Source of the DNA: Octopus vulgaris
Taxonomy: Eukaryota
Length of the DNA: 64,000 bases
NCBI GenBank assembly: GCA_951406725.2
Contig: OX597820.1
Coordinates: 66,278,001 to 66,342,000 of the forward strand
Reading direction: 5' to 3'
Both the position numbers and the translations under genes were made by a program. Positions 1-11,689 of this stretch are shown here, piece by piece. Below the pieces are notes generated by a model, which ran no database searches, was not told the origin of the DNA, and saw nothing but the letters and a program-made list of their open reading frames with translations. The first letter of the stretch is position 1. Each line of letters starts with the position of its first letter.

Positions 1-28
1 ATATATATATATACATATACATATATAT

Positions 29-193
29 ACGATGGGCTTCTTTCAGTTTCCGTCTACCAAATCCACTCACAAGGCTTAGGTCAGCCCGAAGCTATAGTAG
101 AAGACACTTGCCCAAGGTGCACACGCAGTAGAACTGAACCCGGAATCATATGGTTGGTAAGCAAGCTACTTACCACACAGCCACTCCTGCGCC
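29..193 (-). mobile_element. tRNA-derived SINE family A (CORE-like), 5' half
   Basis: The reverse complement gives head GGCGCAGGAGTGGCTGTGTGG, B-box-like GGTTCAGTTC and CORE-like CACCTTGGGCAAGTGTCTT. More than 15 related copies occur in the window. Confidence 0.85.
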
Positions 194-229
194 TTTTTTT
201 TTTTTTTTTTGACTTTTAACTTTTTCTAA

Positions 230-630
230 GGCGGCGAGCTGGCAGAAACGTTAGCACGCCGGGCGAAATGCGTGGCCGTATTTCGTCTGCTGTTACGTTC
301 TGAGTTCAAATTCCGCCGAGGTCGACTTTACTTTTCATCCTTTCGGGGTCGATAAATTAAGTACCAGTTACGCACTGGGGTCGATATAATCGGCTTAATC
401 CGTTTGTCTGTCCTTGTGTGTCCTCTCTGTGTTTAGCCCCTTGTGAGAAGTAAAGAAATAGGTATTTCGTCTGTCTTTAATGTTCTGAGATCAAATTCTG
501 CCGAGGCCGACTTTGCCTTTCATCCTTTCGCTGCCGATAAATTAAGTACCATTTGCGTAATGGAGTCGATCTAATCGACTGGCCCCTTCCCTAAAAATTT
601 CGGGCCTTGTGCCTAGAGTAGAAAAGAATA
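230..630 (+). mobile_element. SINE family B dimer (full unit plus 5'-truncated unit)
   Basis: GGCGGCGAGCTGGCAGAAACG head, B-box GAGTTCAAATTCC and central CTTTTCATCCTTTCGGGGTCGATAAATTAAGTACC module (resembles the Meta-SINE core, by recall). A second unit starts at GGTATTTCGTCTG. Confidence 0.85.
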
Positions 631-735
631 TTTTTCTCTTTTATTTCTTTCGGTCATCTGACTACGACCATGCTGTAACACCGCCTTGAAAGATTAACCC
701 AGTGTTTCACAACCATTTTCTGTCTATTCTTTTAT

Positions 736-904
736 TCTTTTACTTGTTTCAGTCATTTGACTGCGGCCATGCTGGAGTACCGGCTTCAGTCGAACAATTT
801 GACCTCAAAACTTATTCTTTATAAGCCTAGTACTTATTCTATCGGTCACTTTTGCCGAACCTCTAAGTTACGGGGACGTAAACTCACACACATACACACA
901 CACA

Positions 905-955
<51 letters not shown>

Positions 956-1110
956 GGCAGGCTTCTTTCATTTTCCGTCTATCAAAACCATTCACAATGG
1001 CCTGAGGCTATAGTAGAAGATACTTGCCCAAGGTGCCACACAGTGGGACTGAACCCGGAACCGTATGGTTGGGAAGCAAGCTTCTTACCACACAGCCATG
1101 CATGCGCCTA
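736..1110 (-). mobile_element. SINE family A with internal (TA)n/(TG)n
   Basis: Matches both the 5' and 3' halves of family A around an internal microsatellite. Confidence 0.85.
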
Positions 1111-2275
1111 TAGACACCTTTGATTCCTATTTTATAAAATCGTATTTATATTATTAAATATGTATTAGGAATTGTATTTAAAAATGTCAAACTATTTTGC
1201 ACATTGTAGGCGTACAACTAATTTATTGCACATAAATATTAACAACAAAAAAATCCAATATGGATCCCCAAGGGTCATACGGACCCCGGTTAAGAACACG
1301 ATTTCCCTTGTCTACGTTCTCTTACTGGTATTTCATTTTATCGGCCAAGAAGGGATGAAAAGCAAACATTGAACTGGTCTGGAATCGAAAGCAGAGCGCT
1401 TGAAAGCTGGAACATAAATAACACGTGGATGGTATTTTGTGCTTCGCTCTGTCGAATTTCACCCAGGTTTAGTCAAACAAATCGACCCCAGCATTTATTT
1501 TTTAATACCTGATGCTTATTGAAACTATTCTTTTGCGAAACCTCCATCTTACGGTTTGCCAAAGAGCTAATTTTTCATCAAAACATACGAGGAAACAAGG
1601 TGAGCTGTAAAACTTATATGACCCCATCCCAATTTTTTTTCTTTTCCTTAACTTCCGACGTAATCAGTAATCTCCATTGGAAACGCATTAGCTGAAAAAT
1701 TTTTATTTTAAAAAAAACTCCAGTTTCCAGAAAGTTATAAAGAAATAAATCAAGACGTGTGAATTATCCAAAAATCCTCATTCAACAAGCTCCCAAAAAA
1801 TGTTTCGTGACAACTTCCGATATAATTTCAATCGAAGCCTTCAAAAATGTTTCTTTCGGAAAATTTCATCGAAAAATATAATGAAACATAGTCGGTGGAG
1901 ATAACACGTCAGTTGATACCCTTAATACATACATACATCTTTTTTTTTTCGTAGTTCGAAAAAAAGTTCGTTTCTGTGTTTTTGTTTTTATGCTTTCGTT
2001 TCTCATTGTGTTCAACGTTTTTTTTTTTATGTCCTGTACCCATATATGCATGTGTATATATACATATATATGTAGGTATGTACATATATGTATGTATATA
2101 CGCATATATTTATATATTATTTATATTATTACATACATAAATACATGCATACATACATACGTACGTACATGCATGCATACATGCACATATAATACAAACA
2201 TACATTCATAGATACATGCATACATTCACACATACATTCATGCATACATGTACATACATACATACACACATACAT

Positions 2276-2716
2276 AGGAAAATCAAAGAAAAAGAGAATA
2301 TCTATGGGCAACTGCTTCAAAACCTCCATCTTCTATATCCAGACTATGAATTCATATTCATACCAATAATAAATGGAGCACTAAGTTTTGTTAGTAAATG
2401 CTTAAAGGAGAATCTGGATAAACTGGGATTTTCAGAAAGAGAAATCGACCGGCTAATTCGTATATTACAAGTGCAATCTGTGAGTGGAACAATAAAAATA
2501 GGCAAGACTTTTCTCAAGTTCCAAATGTGAATTTGTCAGTGTTAACTACATCCCAAAGATGGAGACTTGTATCTTTGTTGCAAACCAGCTCCCTCCCTAG
2601 TGGAAGATTTATAATAATTAAAATATAGAAGAGACATACATACATACATGATGAGAATGGCCGTCCACTCGTGACCGAGGAAGACCATTGTTGACCTTCA
2701 GGAACATTGTGCGCTC
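2276..2716 (+). mobile_element. 3' fragment of an R4/Dong-clade non-LTR retrotransposon (restriction-like endonuclease C-terminus plus 3' UTR)
   Basis: KIKEKENIYGQLLQNLHLLYPDYEFIFIPIINGALSFVSKCLKENLDKLGF...LQVQSVSGTIKIGKTFL* fits the K..Y..L...PIIIGALG...LQ...GT.KI C-terminal pattern of R4-clade elements. It is flanked by ATAC/AT microsatellite. Confidence 0.7.
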
Positions 2717-2742
2717 TATATATACATACATATACACATGTA

Positions 2743-2786
<44 letters not shown>

Positions 2787-2992
2787 ATGTATATATATAT
2801 ATATATATATACATATAAATACATATATACATATATATATATATAATATATATACATGTATACAAATATATATATATATATACATATATATACATGTATA
2901 TATATAGACATATATATACATATATAAAGTTAATCCAAACATGAAAACACAAAGAGAAAACACAACAACGCGAGGACGTGGAACAATACATG

Positions 2993-3049
<57 letters not shown>

Positions 3050-3084
3050 TCATATATGTATATATATACATATATGTATCTATA

Positions 3085-4062
3085 TCAAAATAAGCAATAA
3101 CGATATCCCGAGGTTATGCAGTACGATCGTTTCAAGCAACTCCATTTAATTGAACAATGCAGTCATTACATCAATTTAAAGGAGAGCAATCCTCAGCTGC
3201 ATAAAGACAGGATTTAATTAAACTAAAACAGATGGACATATTAGTATAATTTTACCTAAAATCTCCAAGAAGGTAAGAAGATAGACAAAGGACATACTCC
3301 CCTCACTTCAGCTTAGAAGCTACTAGAAACTTAATAGCTTCTAAGCTGAAGTGTAGGCAGCATGTTGGGTGGGGTGGGAGAGTTAGTGTGTGGTGTTAGT
3401 GTGGAGTCTGTGTATATGTGGGAGTACAATTTGTGTGAAAGAGTATGTATTTGGAGGGAGACAGTTTATTTGTGGGGTGCCCACCTTATAGGGGTGTGTG
3501 CGTGTCTGCTTTACAGGGGTGTGTACGTATGTGTACAGGAGTGCCTTGGTGTGTGCTTCGCTCAAACTCTTTTTTGTCAAGCCTAAAGGCAATGGTGGAA
3601 GATCGTTTGCGGAAGGTCGGGGCCGGGGACTTGTGGCTGCAGTCATGGTGGGTCGCGCAGGTACGATAGAATGGAATTTCCATTCATGCAGGCTTGGATT
3701 AAACACCCCACTTCCTGCTATTCAGACAGACATCCGGGTGTTGGGTCCCTTTTGAAAATGCTCTCTTCCCAGAGAGTCATAACCTGCAGTTCCTACTGTT
3801 ATTGAAGTACGGTTTGCATCTGTCGAGGATCTTCCACTTTTTGCTGTACACCGTGGCGCTTTTTTTTTTTTTCGAAATGAAGACTTGCATGGCTAGGGTT
3901 GTGGCGTTACACCCCTCTGGTATGTGGAATGAGGACTTGTGATTATTAAAGCGGTTTCTGAAGAGACCTTCTGTTGCCTCCAGATACTTCTGCACGCTCG
4001 GTTGTCCATAGGGTCCTGTTTCTGTTACTTTTGCCTCGTAAAAAACTGTTTCTGTATTGCAG
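3085..4062 (-). mobile_element. Decayed Penelope-like element 3' portion: GIY-YIG endonuclease with CCHH-type C-terminus, then pLTR-like region
   Basis: CNTETVFYEAKV...KYLEATEGLFRNRFNNHKSSF...ATTLA...WKILDRCKPYFNNSRNCRL(TGA)LSGK...CLNSR, frameshift, VFNPSLHEWKF. A hammerhead lies downstream on the same strand. Confidence 0.8.
3114..3204 (-). ncRNA. Type I hammerhead ribozyme (PLE-associated)
   Basis: 8-bp stem I UUAUGCAG/CUGCAUAA, core CUGAGGA, long stem II, GAAA, palindromic stem III CGAUCG and a GUA cleavage triplet. Confidence 0.75.
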
Positions 4063-4090
4063 TGTCTATATATATATATATATATATACA

Positions 4091-4255
4091 CGACGGGCTT
4101 CTTTTAGTTTCCATGTACCAAATCCACTCACAAGGTTTCGGTCGGCCCGAGGCTATAGTAGAATGCACTTACCCAAGTTCTTACGCAGTGGAATAGAACC
4201 CAGAACCATGTGGTTGGGAAGCAAGCTTCTTACCACACAGCCATGCCTACGCCTA
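4091..4255 (-). mobile_element. SINE family A, 5' half
   Basis: Same head and CORE-like body as the other family A copies. Confidence 0.8.
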
Positions 4256-4284
4256 TACAAATACATACATACATACATACATAA

Positions 4285-4409
<125 letters not shown>

Positions 4410-4769
4410 CAGGCCATGTGTATGGAAGCAACCTTCTACCCACACAGTCTAGCCTTCCATAAAGATAGTTTCATGTGAAGCACTACATTCTGTAGAATGT
4501 TCTGTGGGTTTCATTTTCCGATAGAACGGTGTAATTTTGAAGAATATTTGGTTCCTACTTTTAGCAAATTAAACGACAACGTGGAAGCCCCATGGCAGGC
4601 TGGTTGTGGCGGTTATGCTTATGACAGAAACGATCAACGAATGAATGTTGTCTTTACTGGAAACCGACTGCTTCATAGTTCTGTCAAGCCTGCGGTCACA
4701 GACAGATTATACAGTCACATATGTAAACACACACGCGCACACGCGCCTGCGCACATCTTATTACCAAGT

Positions 4770-4829
<60 letters not shown>

Positions 4830-5200
4830 TTGTGAGTGCATGTATGCACGAAAGATTGTGCTTGCATATATTCATACATACAAATATATATACATATATA
4901 TATATATACAAATACATACATACATACATACATACATATACGCATAAGCAGAAATTATGTATACCCACACGCATATATATCCAAATTCATAGAGGGGCAT
5001 ATTGAGACATTAAATATTTACTGACTTTATTCAATTTATGTAATTAGCTAAATTAACAAACCTAATTATAAAACTTTCGTCCACTGTGCTTGTTTCATAT
5101 GGAGAACGTGTATATATATATATATATATATATATATGAATGTGTGTATGTATATATATGCATATATATATATGTATATGAATGTGTGTATGTATATATA

Positions 5201-5244
<44 letters not shown>

Positions 5245-5522
5245 TGTATTTATATCTATGTCTATATATATGTAAGTAGTGCTAATCTATCTATCTGTCT
5301 ATATATACATATATATCTATATATATATATATTTATATATATGTATGTATATATGCGTGTCCGTGTGTATATGTGTGCATGTGTGTATATGTGAATGTGT
5401 CTGTCTCTGTGTATATTTGAGTGTGTATGCGTGTATGAGTGCGTTTGTGTACCTATGTGCTCTATTCATCTTCATAACATGTTTGGTGTTTGTAACAGCG
5501 GTTAGTCAAAGATACGTATTTG

Positions 5523-5554
<32 letters not shown>

Positions 5555-5708
5555 TACGCTCCTACCCTACCTACCGAGTGGCCAGCCTACATACACATAC
5601 ATACATGCATTCATATATGCATTCTTGCATACATACATATATTCACACATACGTATATACATACATATATACACTTATACATACATAATACACACACACA
5701 CTCGCATG

Positions 5709-5746
5709 CATGCATACATACATACATACATACATACATACATACA

Positions 5747-5780
<34 letters not shown>

Positions 5781-5858
5781 CAAGCACATGCATACATACA
5801 TACATACATACATACATACATACATACATACATACATACATACATACATACATACATA
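5709..5858. repeat. (ATAC)n microsatellite
   Basis: Direct observation. It is the source of the IHTY/YVCM pseudo-ORFs. Confidence 0.95.
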
Positions 5859-6619
5859 CGTACGTACATACGAGATTGTATATACTTATAAAGAAAATGA
5901 CAAACTTCCAAGGAAAGTTTGACAATGGCGACATGTCTATGAAAACGTTTGCAACTGTCTCTGCTTGACATTCTCTGAAGTCTACCGCAGACATCCAGCC
6001 TTCACCAGCCACGATTACCTCTAGGATGTTCACTAATTAGTTTGTCTTTTATGCAGACACGCCACCAAAAGCAAACTTATATTTTAAAACAAAGAATTAA
6101 GAAAGAACGTATAATAATTCGTTTTTGTATATGGTTTGCAACATTCTTGACGTGAACTCGGATGTTGGAACATATTTCGTTGTATCATGGGAGGGTCGTT
6201 ATGTCAATAATAAACGCTCGCACCGGTTCTGTTTCACTTCTTTTATCTTTATTAGCGAACTAGTCGACCTTTTGGTCAATCAATCAACTAACAAACCATT
6301 GATCGCACAAACGATTAGTTAATTAGCTAAATGGTTAACTAGTTCGATTGATGATAATCCAACCATGCCATCATGTTTTGTTGGAACATGAAGGACATCA
6401 TTATTGAACGTATTATTTCCCTTATTTTCGCAAGTAGGTTTATGATTTAGCTGTTATCTCTAGCCTGTAACTTCCCGAACGAGAAATGTTTAGAAATTTG
6501 AATTTATGTTGGTTATTACTGGTCCATCCATCAGAGTTAATTTCAAAACGGTTCGGTTATGACCATTACACCTTTTATACAGACGTAGTACATGACTTCA
6601 CCACAAGGTCCAATCTTTC

Positions 6620-7054
6620 TTACGGTGGGGTTAGCTTGTGTACCACAATGACCCTTCGAACTAGGGCCTCTCATGCTGGACAAGTCAAAGGATAGAGGCC
6701 AGACCAATATGCACCACCTCTTTCAAGAACTAAAAATGGGTTTGCTTAGGGCAAAAAGCAAAAGTTACTGGAGTAACTATGTTAAATGAAAACTAACGAG
6801 ACCTCGGAGATGAAGGCCTTCTCTTGGGGAAACAGGACGTGGTGCAGCAAAATTCAAAAGGAAACCAACATCTTGCACTACACGTCAAACCCTGATCTGA
6901 AAATCCACTCGGAAGGTGGAAGAGAGACCACTCAGAAAATAGCAGGAAATGGGATACTGAGGCAGAAATGATAACAGCAGCCCAGAGTCGAGAACAGTGG
7001 GGGAAAATCTTCCATGACCTGCTTATTCTCTACAGGGAGCGAAGGGTTTAAATA
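6620..7054 (+). mobile_element. Non-autonomous RTE-derived retroposon (5'-UTR-like part fused to ORF 3' end)
   Basis: The 3' part translates (with lesions) to TTRQTLI*NPLGRWKRD...WDTEAEM...AAQSREQW, like the RTE C-terminal RQAL.WNP.GKRKRGRP...AQ.R..W pattern. The 5' part resembles RTE 5' UTRs. Confidence 0.55.
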
Positions 7055-7070
7055 AGTATATAATTAGATT

Positions 7071-7416
7071 GTGAAGGCCCGTGACTTAGTAGTTAATGTA
7101 ATCGGCTCATGATCGTAAGGTCTTGAGTTCGATTCCCAGCGGCGCGTTGTGTCCTTGAGCAAGACACTTTATTTCACTTTGCTGCAGTCCACTCAGTTGG
7201 CAAAAATGAGCAGTACCTGTATTTCAATGGATCACCCTTGTCACACCTCTGTGTCACGCTGAATCTGACCGAGAACTGCGTTAAAAAGTGTCTGTGGAGT
7301 GCTCAACCACTCGCGCGTTAATTTCACGAGCAGGCTGTTTCGTCGGTCGGATCAACTGGAACCCTCGTCGTCGGAACCGACGAAGTGCCAGTTTCTTCCT
7401 TTTTTTTTTTTTTTTT
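7071..7416 (+). mobile_element. tRNA-derived SINE, head/body H1B1 + tail X
   Basis: A/B boxes, CORE-like TTGTGTCCTTGAGCAAGACACTT, and a 16-bp TSD AGTATATAA(T/C)TAGATT at 7055-7070 and 7417-7432. Confidence 0.85.
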
Positions 7417-7447
7417 AGTATATAACTAGATTATTTAATGTGCCTTA

Positions 7448-7655
7448 AGGCGGCGAGCTAGCGGGATCATTATCACGCTGTACAAAATTCTTCGTGGGAT
7501 TTCGTCCGTCGAGTTCACCTTACGCCGGCGTAGACTTTGCCTTTCATCCCTTCGGAATCGATGAAAAAAGTACCAGCCAAGAACTGGGGTCGATGTAGTC
7601 GACTTACCCACTCCCCTAAATTCCAGGCCTTGTGCTATAAATAGAAAGGACTATT
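7448..7655 (+). mobile_element. SINE family B (diverged)
   Basis: Head and central GCCTTTCATCC...AAGTACCAG module. Confidence 0.75.
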
Positions 7656-8253
7656 TAATGTGCCCTTTCTTTCGAAGAAAATTGTCAGTGATATTTGAGA
7701 AAGATTTAGTTGCTTTTATTTTTATAGATCTAGCAACGACAGAAAAGGTGCTTAGCTCGAGCTCAACCCTGATCGAGTTAACCGATAATCAAATGCACTC
7801 CAACCGTGGCCAACCCGTTTTTTTTCATTTTTGTTTTTCTATGTAATGAACCCAAGACCACATTATCTAACTCGCTTTTCAAGACGATAAGATATAATTT
7901 GACGGAAATTAGGTTGCTATTTCTAGTATGGTCACGTAAACGCTCTCATATTGACTCGCTGTACAGGAGAGGGTAGAAAGTTGTAAACTTACTTTAGAGT
8001 GGTTGTTTAGCCCCGGGCCCACTGTGGTTGAACGGCCATATAATCAAAGGTGTTCCAATCTTGACCATCCTGCTTTTTTGTATATCAAAGACTATATTTC
8101 TTAATGTGTCCTTGCGCTATCTTTAGAGAATAGGATATGATTTGAAAGGGATATGATTACCCTTTCTAGGAAACCGCATGAATACACGGACGCTCCTTCG
8201 TTCGTTCGTTTTAAATTTATGTCACGATGTATGTTCGAGTGTTACGCTTTTCA

Positions 8254-8660
8254 CAGGAGTGGCTGTGTGGTAGGTAGCTTGCTTACCAACCACATGGTTC
8301 CGGGTTCATTACCACTGCGTGGCACCTTGGGCAAGTGTCTTCTACTATAGCATCGGGTCGACCAAAGTCTTGTGAGTGGATTTGGTAGACGGAAACTGAA
8401 AGAAGCCCGTCGTATATATATATACATATATATATATATATGTATATGTTTGTGTGTCTGTGTTTGTCTCCCACCCCCAACATCACTTGACAACCGATGT
8501 TGGTGTGTTTACGTCCCCGTAACTTAGCGGTTCGGCAAAAGAGACCGATAGAATAAGTACTAGGCTTACAAAGAATAAGTCCTGTGTTCGATTTGCTCAA
8601 CTAAAAGCGGTGCTCCAGCATGGGCGCAGTCAAATGATTGAAACAAGTAAAGGAGATAAA
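8254..8660 (+). mobile_element. SINE family A, full length
   Basis: Head, CORE-like body, internal TA/TG repeat, and 3' end GGTGCTCCAGCATGG...GAAACAAGTAAA. Confidence 0.9.
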
Positions 8661-8682
8661 AGAGAAACGAAATAAATCAAAG

Positions 8683-8862
8683 ATAATCGAATAATTGGAG
8701 CGTTACGCATTTTAACGAGCCCAACTATGGAACGATAACGAAGACATAATCGAAAAACCGTACCGTTACGCTTTTTAACAAGCTTAACTATGGGAACGAA
8801 TTCAGAGACATAATTGAAAAGTGCAGCTGCTACGCTTTTTAACAAGCTGGAAACATAATTGA
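8683..8862. repeat. Diverged ~63-bp tandem repeat, about 2.8 copies
   Basis: Recurring ATAAT(C/T)GAA...(G)TTACGC(A/T)TTTTAAC(A/G)AGC...ACTATGG. Confidence 0.75.
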
Positions 8863-9483
8863 TATGAATTTGAAGTTCTATAAATTTGTGTATCATTTTA
8901 AAGAAAGGTTTTAATTCGATTCCTGTTGGTGTAAAATTGTGGGGGAAGTATGAAAAGATGTAAGTGCAAAGAGTCAAAGTAGAGAACAACAAATAGTTTT
9001 GTAATAGAACTCTGTGTGTGTGTGTGTATGTGTGTGTGTGTGTGTGCGTGTGTGCGTGTGTGCGTGTGTGTGTGTGCGTGCGTGGGGGTGTGCGCGCGCG
9101 TCTTTTTTTTTTACGGTTTCGCAAGCTAACGATTCGGCAAAAGCGTTCCAATAGTAAGTATCAGGCTTAAAAGCATAAATAGTGGGGTCGATTTGTTCGA
9201 CTAACTCCTAACCTCTAAATAGCGGTACCCCAACATGATCCGAGTCCAAGGACTAAAACGTATGAAACGGTAAAAGTGTATATAACAAACCCTTGTTTTG
9301 CACGAAGTTTTCTTAAAGCAATGCTCGTATCTCTTACTGTTTTACGGGGGGGGGGAGCAAAAAAAAAAAAAGAAAGAAAAAAAAGGAAAAAGAAAACGCT
9401 AGTTGCGTTCACTACGAAAGTTAACACAAACGCAAACCTTACGTGACGCGAGATGCTTGTAGATTGGCAATATTGTCAGATCA

Positions 9484-9854
9484 TCTCTCTATATATAAAC
9501 GGCAGTTTGTCTGTGTGTGTTTCTGTGTGTCTGTTAGGTTGTACCCTCACCCTGACCACGGCTTTCAACCGATTCTGATGAAACTTGACACACACATAGC
9601 CCAATGTCATAATTCAAAACTAACGCAGCGAAAATTTTGAAAAGTTCCCTCAGTTCTGAAAAAATCGATAAATTCGACATGGGGTCGAGAATCAGAAACA
9701 CAAACCACAGACTGTTTAGGGGACGCAACTCGACCTTTTTAACTAAAAAAAAAATTTACCATAATTTTTTTTCCATTTTTTTGCTATAACTCTCTAAAAA
9801 TGCTTTATAGTTATTTCCCTTACAAACCCGAGCAACGCCGGGCGATACTGCTAG
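9484..9854 (+). mobile_element. Non-autonomous Helitron
   Basis: 5' TC start (A|TCTCTCTATATATAAA), subterminal hairpin CCCGAGCAACGCCGGG (9827-9842), 3' CTAG|T, inserted between A and T, no TSD. Confidence 0.85.
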
Positions 9855-10210
9855 TCAAACAATAATACTTTACTGTAATTAGGTACGGTATTTTGCAAAC
9901 TTGCTTATCGTCCTTTAGGGGTCGGTGAGACAGTATTTGGGAGGATAGTCAATTTGTATTCCTTATAATGCATCCAGAAAGTGTAGTATGTCCGAATTGT
10001 TAAGAACTTCGTTTGGCACTGCCGAGGTCTTGGGTTCGATTCCGTTACACGGCATTTTGGAGAAAATTCATTTTCTAAACTAAGGGTCGATTCTATACTC
10101 CATATGGATCGATCTCATATACCCTGCGAGTGAAACTGGCAAAATGGAAATTGTATAGACGCCCGTCAGATGGATTGCGCTTGTAATCAAAAAAGGGTAC
10201 GGCCTTTCTC

Positions 10211-10790
10211 ACGATGATAACGACGACGCTGACGACGAGGACGATGCTGGCGACGACGATGTTGGCGACGGCGACGTTGGTGACGACGATACTGGCAACG
10301 ACGACGTTGGCGACGACGACGCTGCCGACGACGACGTCGGCAACGATGACGTTGGCAACGACGACGCTGGCAATGACGATGCTGGCCATGATGACGTTGG
10401 CAACGACGTCTTTGGCAACAACGACGTCCTTGGCAACGACGACGTTGGCAATGACGATGCTGGCCATGACGACGTTGACAACAATGTCTTTGGCAACAAC
10501 GACGTCCTTGGCAACGACGACGTTGGCAACGACGACGTTGGCAATGACGACGCTGGCAACGACGACGCTGGCAACGATGATGTTGGCAACGACGTCTTTG
10601 GCAACGACGACGTTGACAACAACGACACTGGCAACGACGACGTTGGCAACGACGACGAACGCCGACGCTTGCAACGACACTGGCAACGACGACGTTGGCA
10701 ACGCCGACGCTTGCAACGACACTGGTGACGACGCAGGTGGCGATGATGATGGCGACGACGGCGACTAGGACGACGACGACGACGCCAACG
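10211..10790. repeat. CpG-rich 15-bp minisatellite, consensus ACGACGTTGGCAACG
   Basis: Direct observation of about 30 diverged units grading into (ACG)n. Confidence 0.9.
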
Positions 10791-10799
10791 ACGATTCAC

Positions 10800-11134
10800 C
10801 TTGAGTCTACACGTTTCCGAGGAACGTTCTACTACTGCTAATTAAAGAGCAGGTAATTCTTTTGATCTGGACAACTGAATCTTCATCGTCGAACGACGGA
10901 TATCCATTCCACCACCACCACCACCAATGTGTACTAGTTATGGTGTATGAAATTACAATAGGAACCACCTCTCACTAGTAAAAATCTTCGAAAAGACGCT
11001 ATCAATACTAATGTACAATTGACGGTGGCGGCGGCGGTGGTGATGTTGGTGGTGGCGGTGGTGGTGGTGATGTTGGTGGCGGCGGCGACGGTAACAACTT
11101 TGTTTTTACATTTAGCCCCTAACGATTCTAATGA
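10800..11134 (-). other. Candidate non-coding / 5'-UTR exon
   Basis: Acceptor TTTTCTTCTTTTTCTTCAACAG| and donor TCAAG|GTGAAT. Only short ORFs inside. Confidence 0.3.
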
Positions 11135-11640
11135 CTGTTGAAGAAAAAGAAGAAAAAAACACACACACACCTAAAGAAGGAAGGCGGTAGAGTAGGGGGT
11201 GAGGTGGGGTACTAACATATGTTATTGACACTCCCCCCTCTCACCTTTATATATACCACCTAACCACCGACCCGTCCATCCACCCTCCGGGAATGTGACA
11301 CAAGCGAATTGAATGACTGCATAAAGGTCATAAACGTGGTGCCTCTTTTTCGTCACCGCCGCCGTCGTCGTCGTCGTCGTCGTGGTTGTCTCCGTCATCC
11401 ATAGTTCTCTTCTGTGTCTTCCTCTTTCTCGTACCTCGTCCTCCTCCGCTTCCTCCGCTTCCTACGCTCACCGCCGCCGCCGCCGCTATCACCGCCAAAC
11501 GACCATCGCCATCACTACCATCACTTCTGATTGCTTAAAAAGAAAAAGGAAAAGGAAAAGAAAAAGAAAAGAAAAGAAAAGGTTTTTTCAGTGACGTGAC
11601 AAAGTTAATAAAACTAACGCTGTTGCTGCTGCTGCTGTTA

Positions 11641-11674
<34 letters not shown>

Positions 11675-11689
11675 CGACGCGGAAGACGA

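Noticed and set aside
10093-10799. Mucin-like Thr/Ser/Val-rich ORFs
   Set aside because: Open frames on both strands follow trivially from a stop-free 15-bp repeat. No signal peptide or flanking domain is seen.
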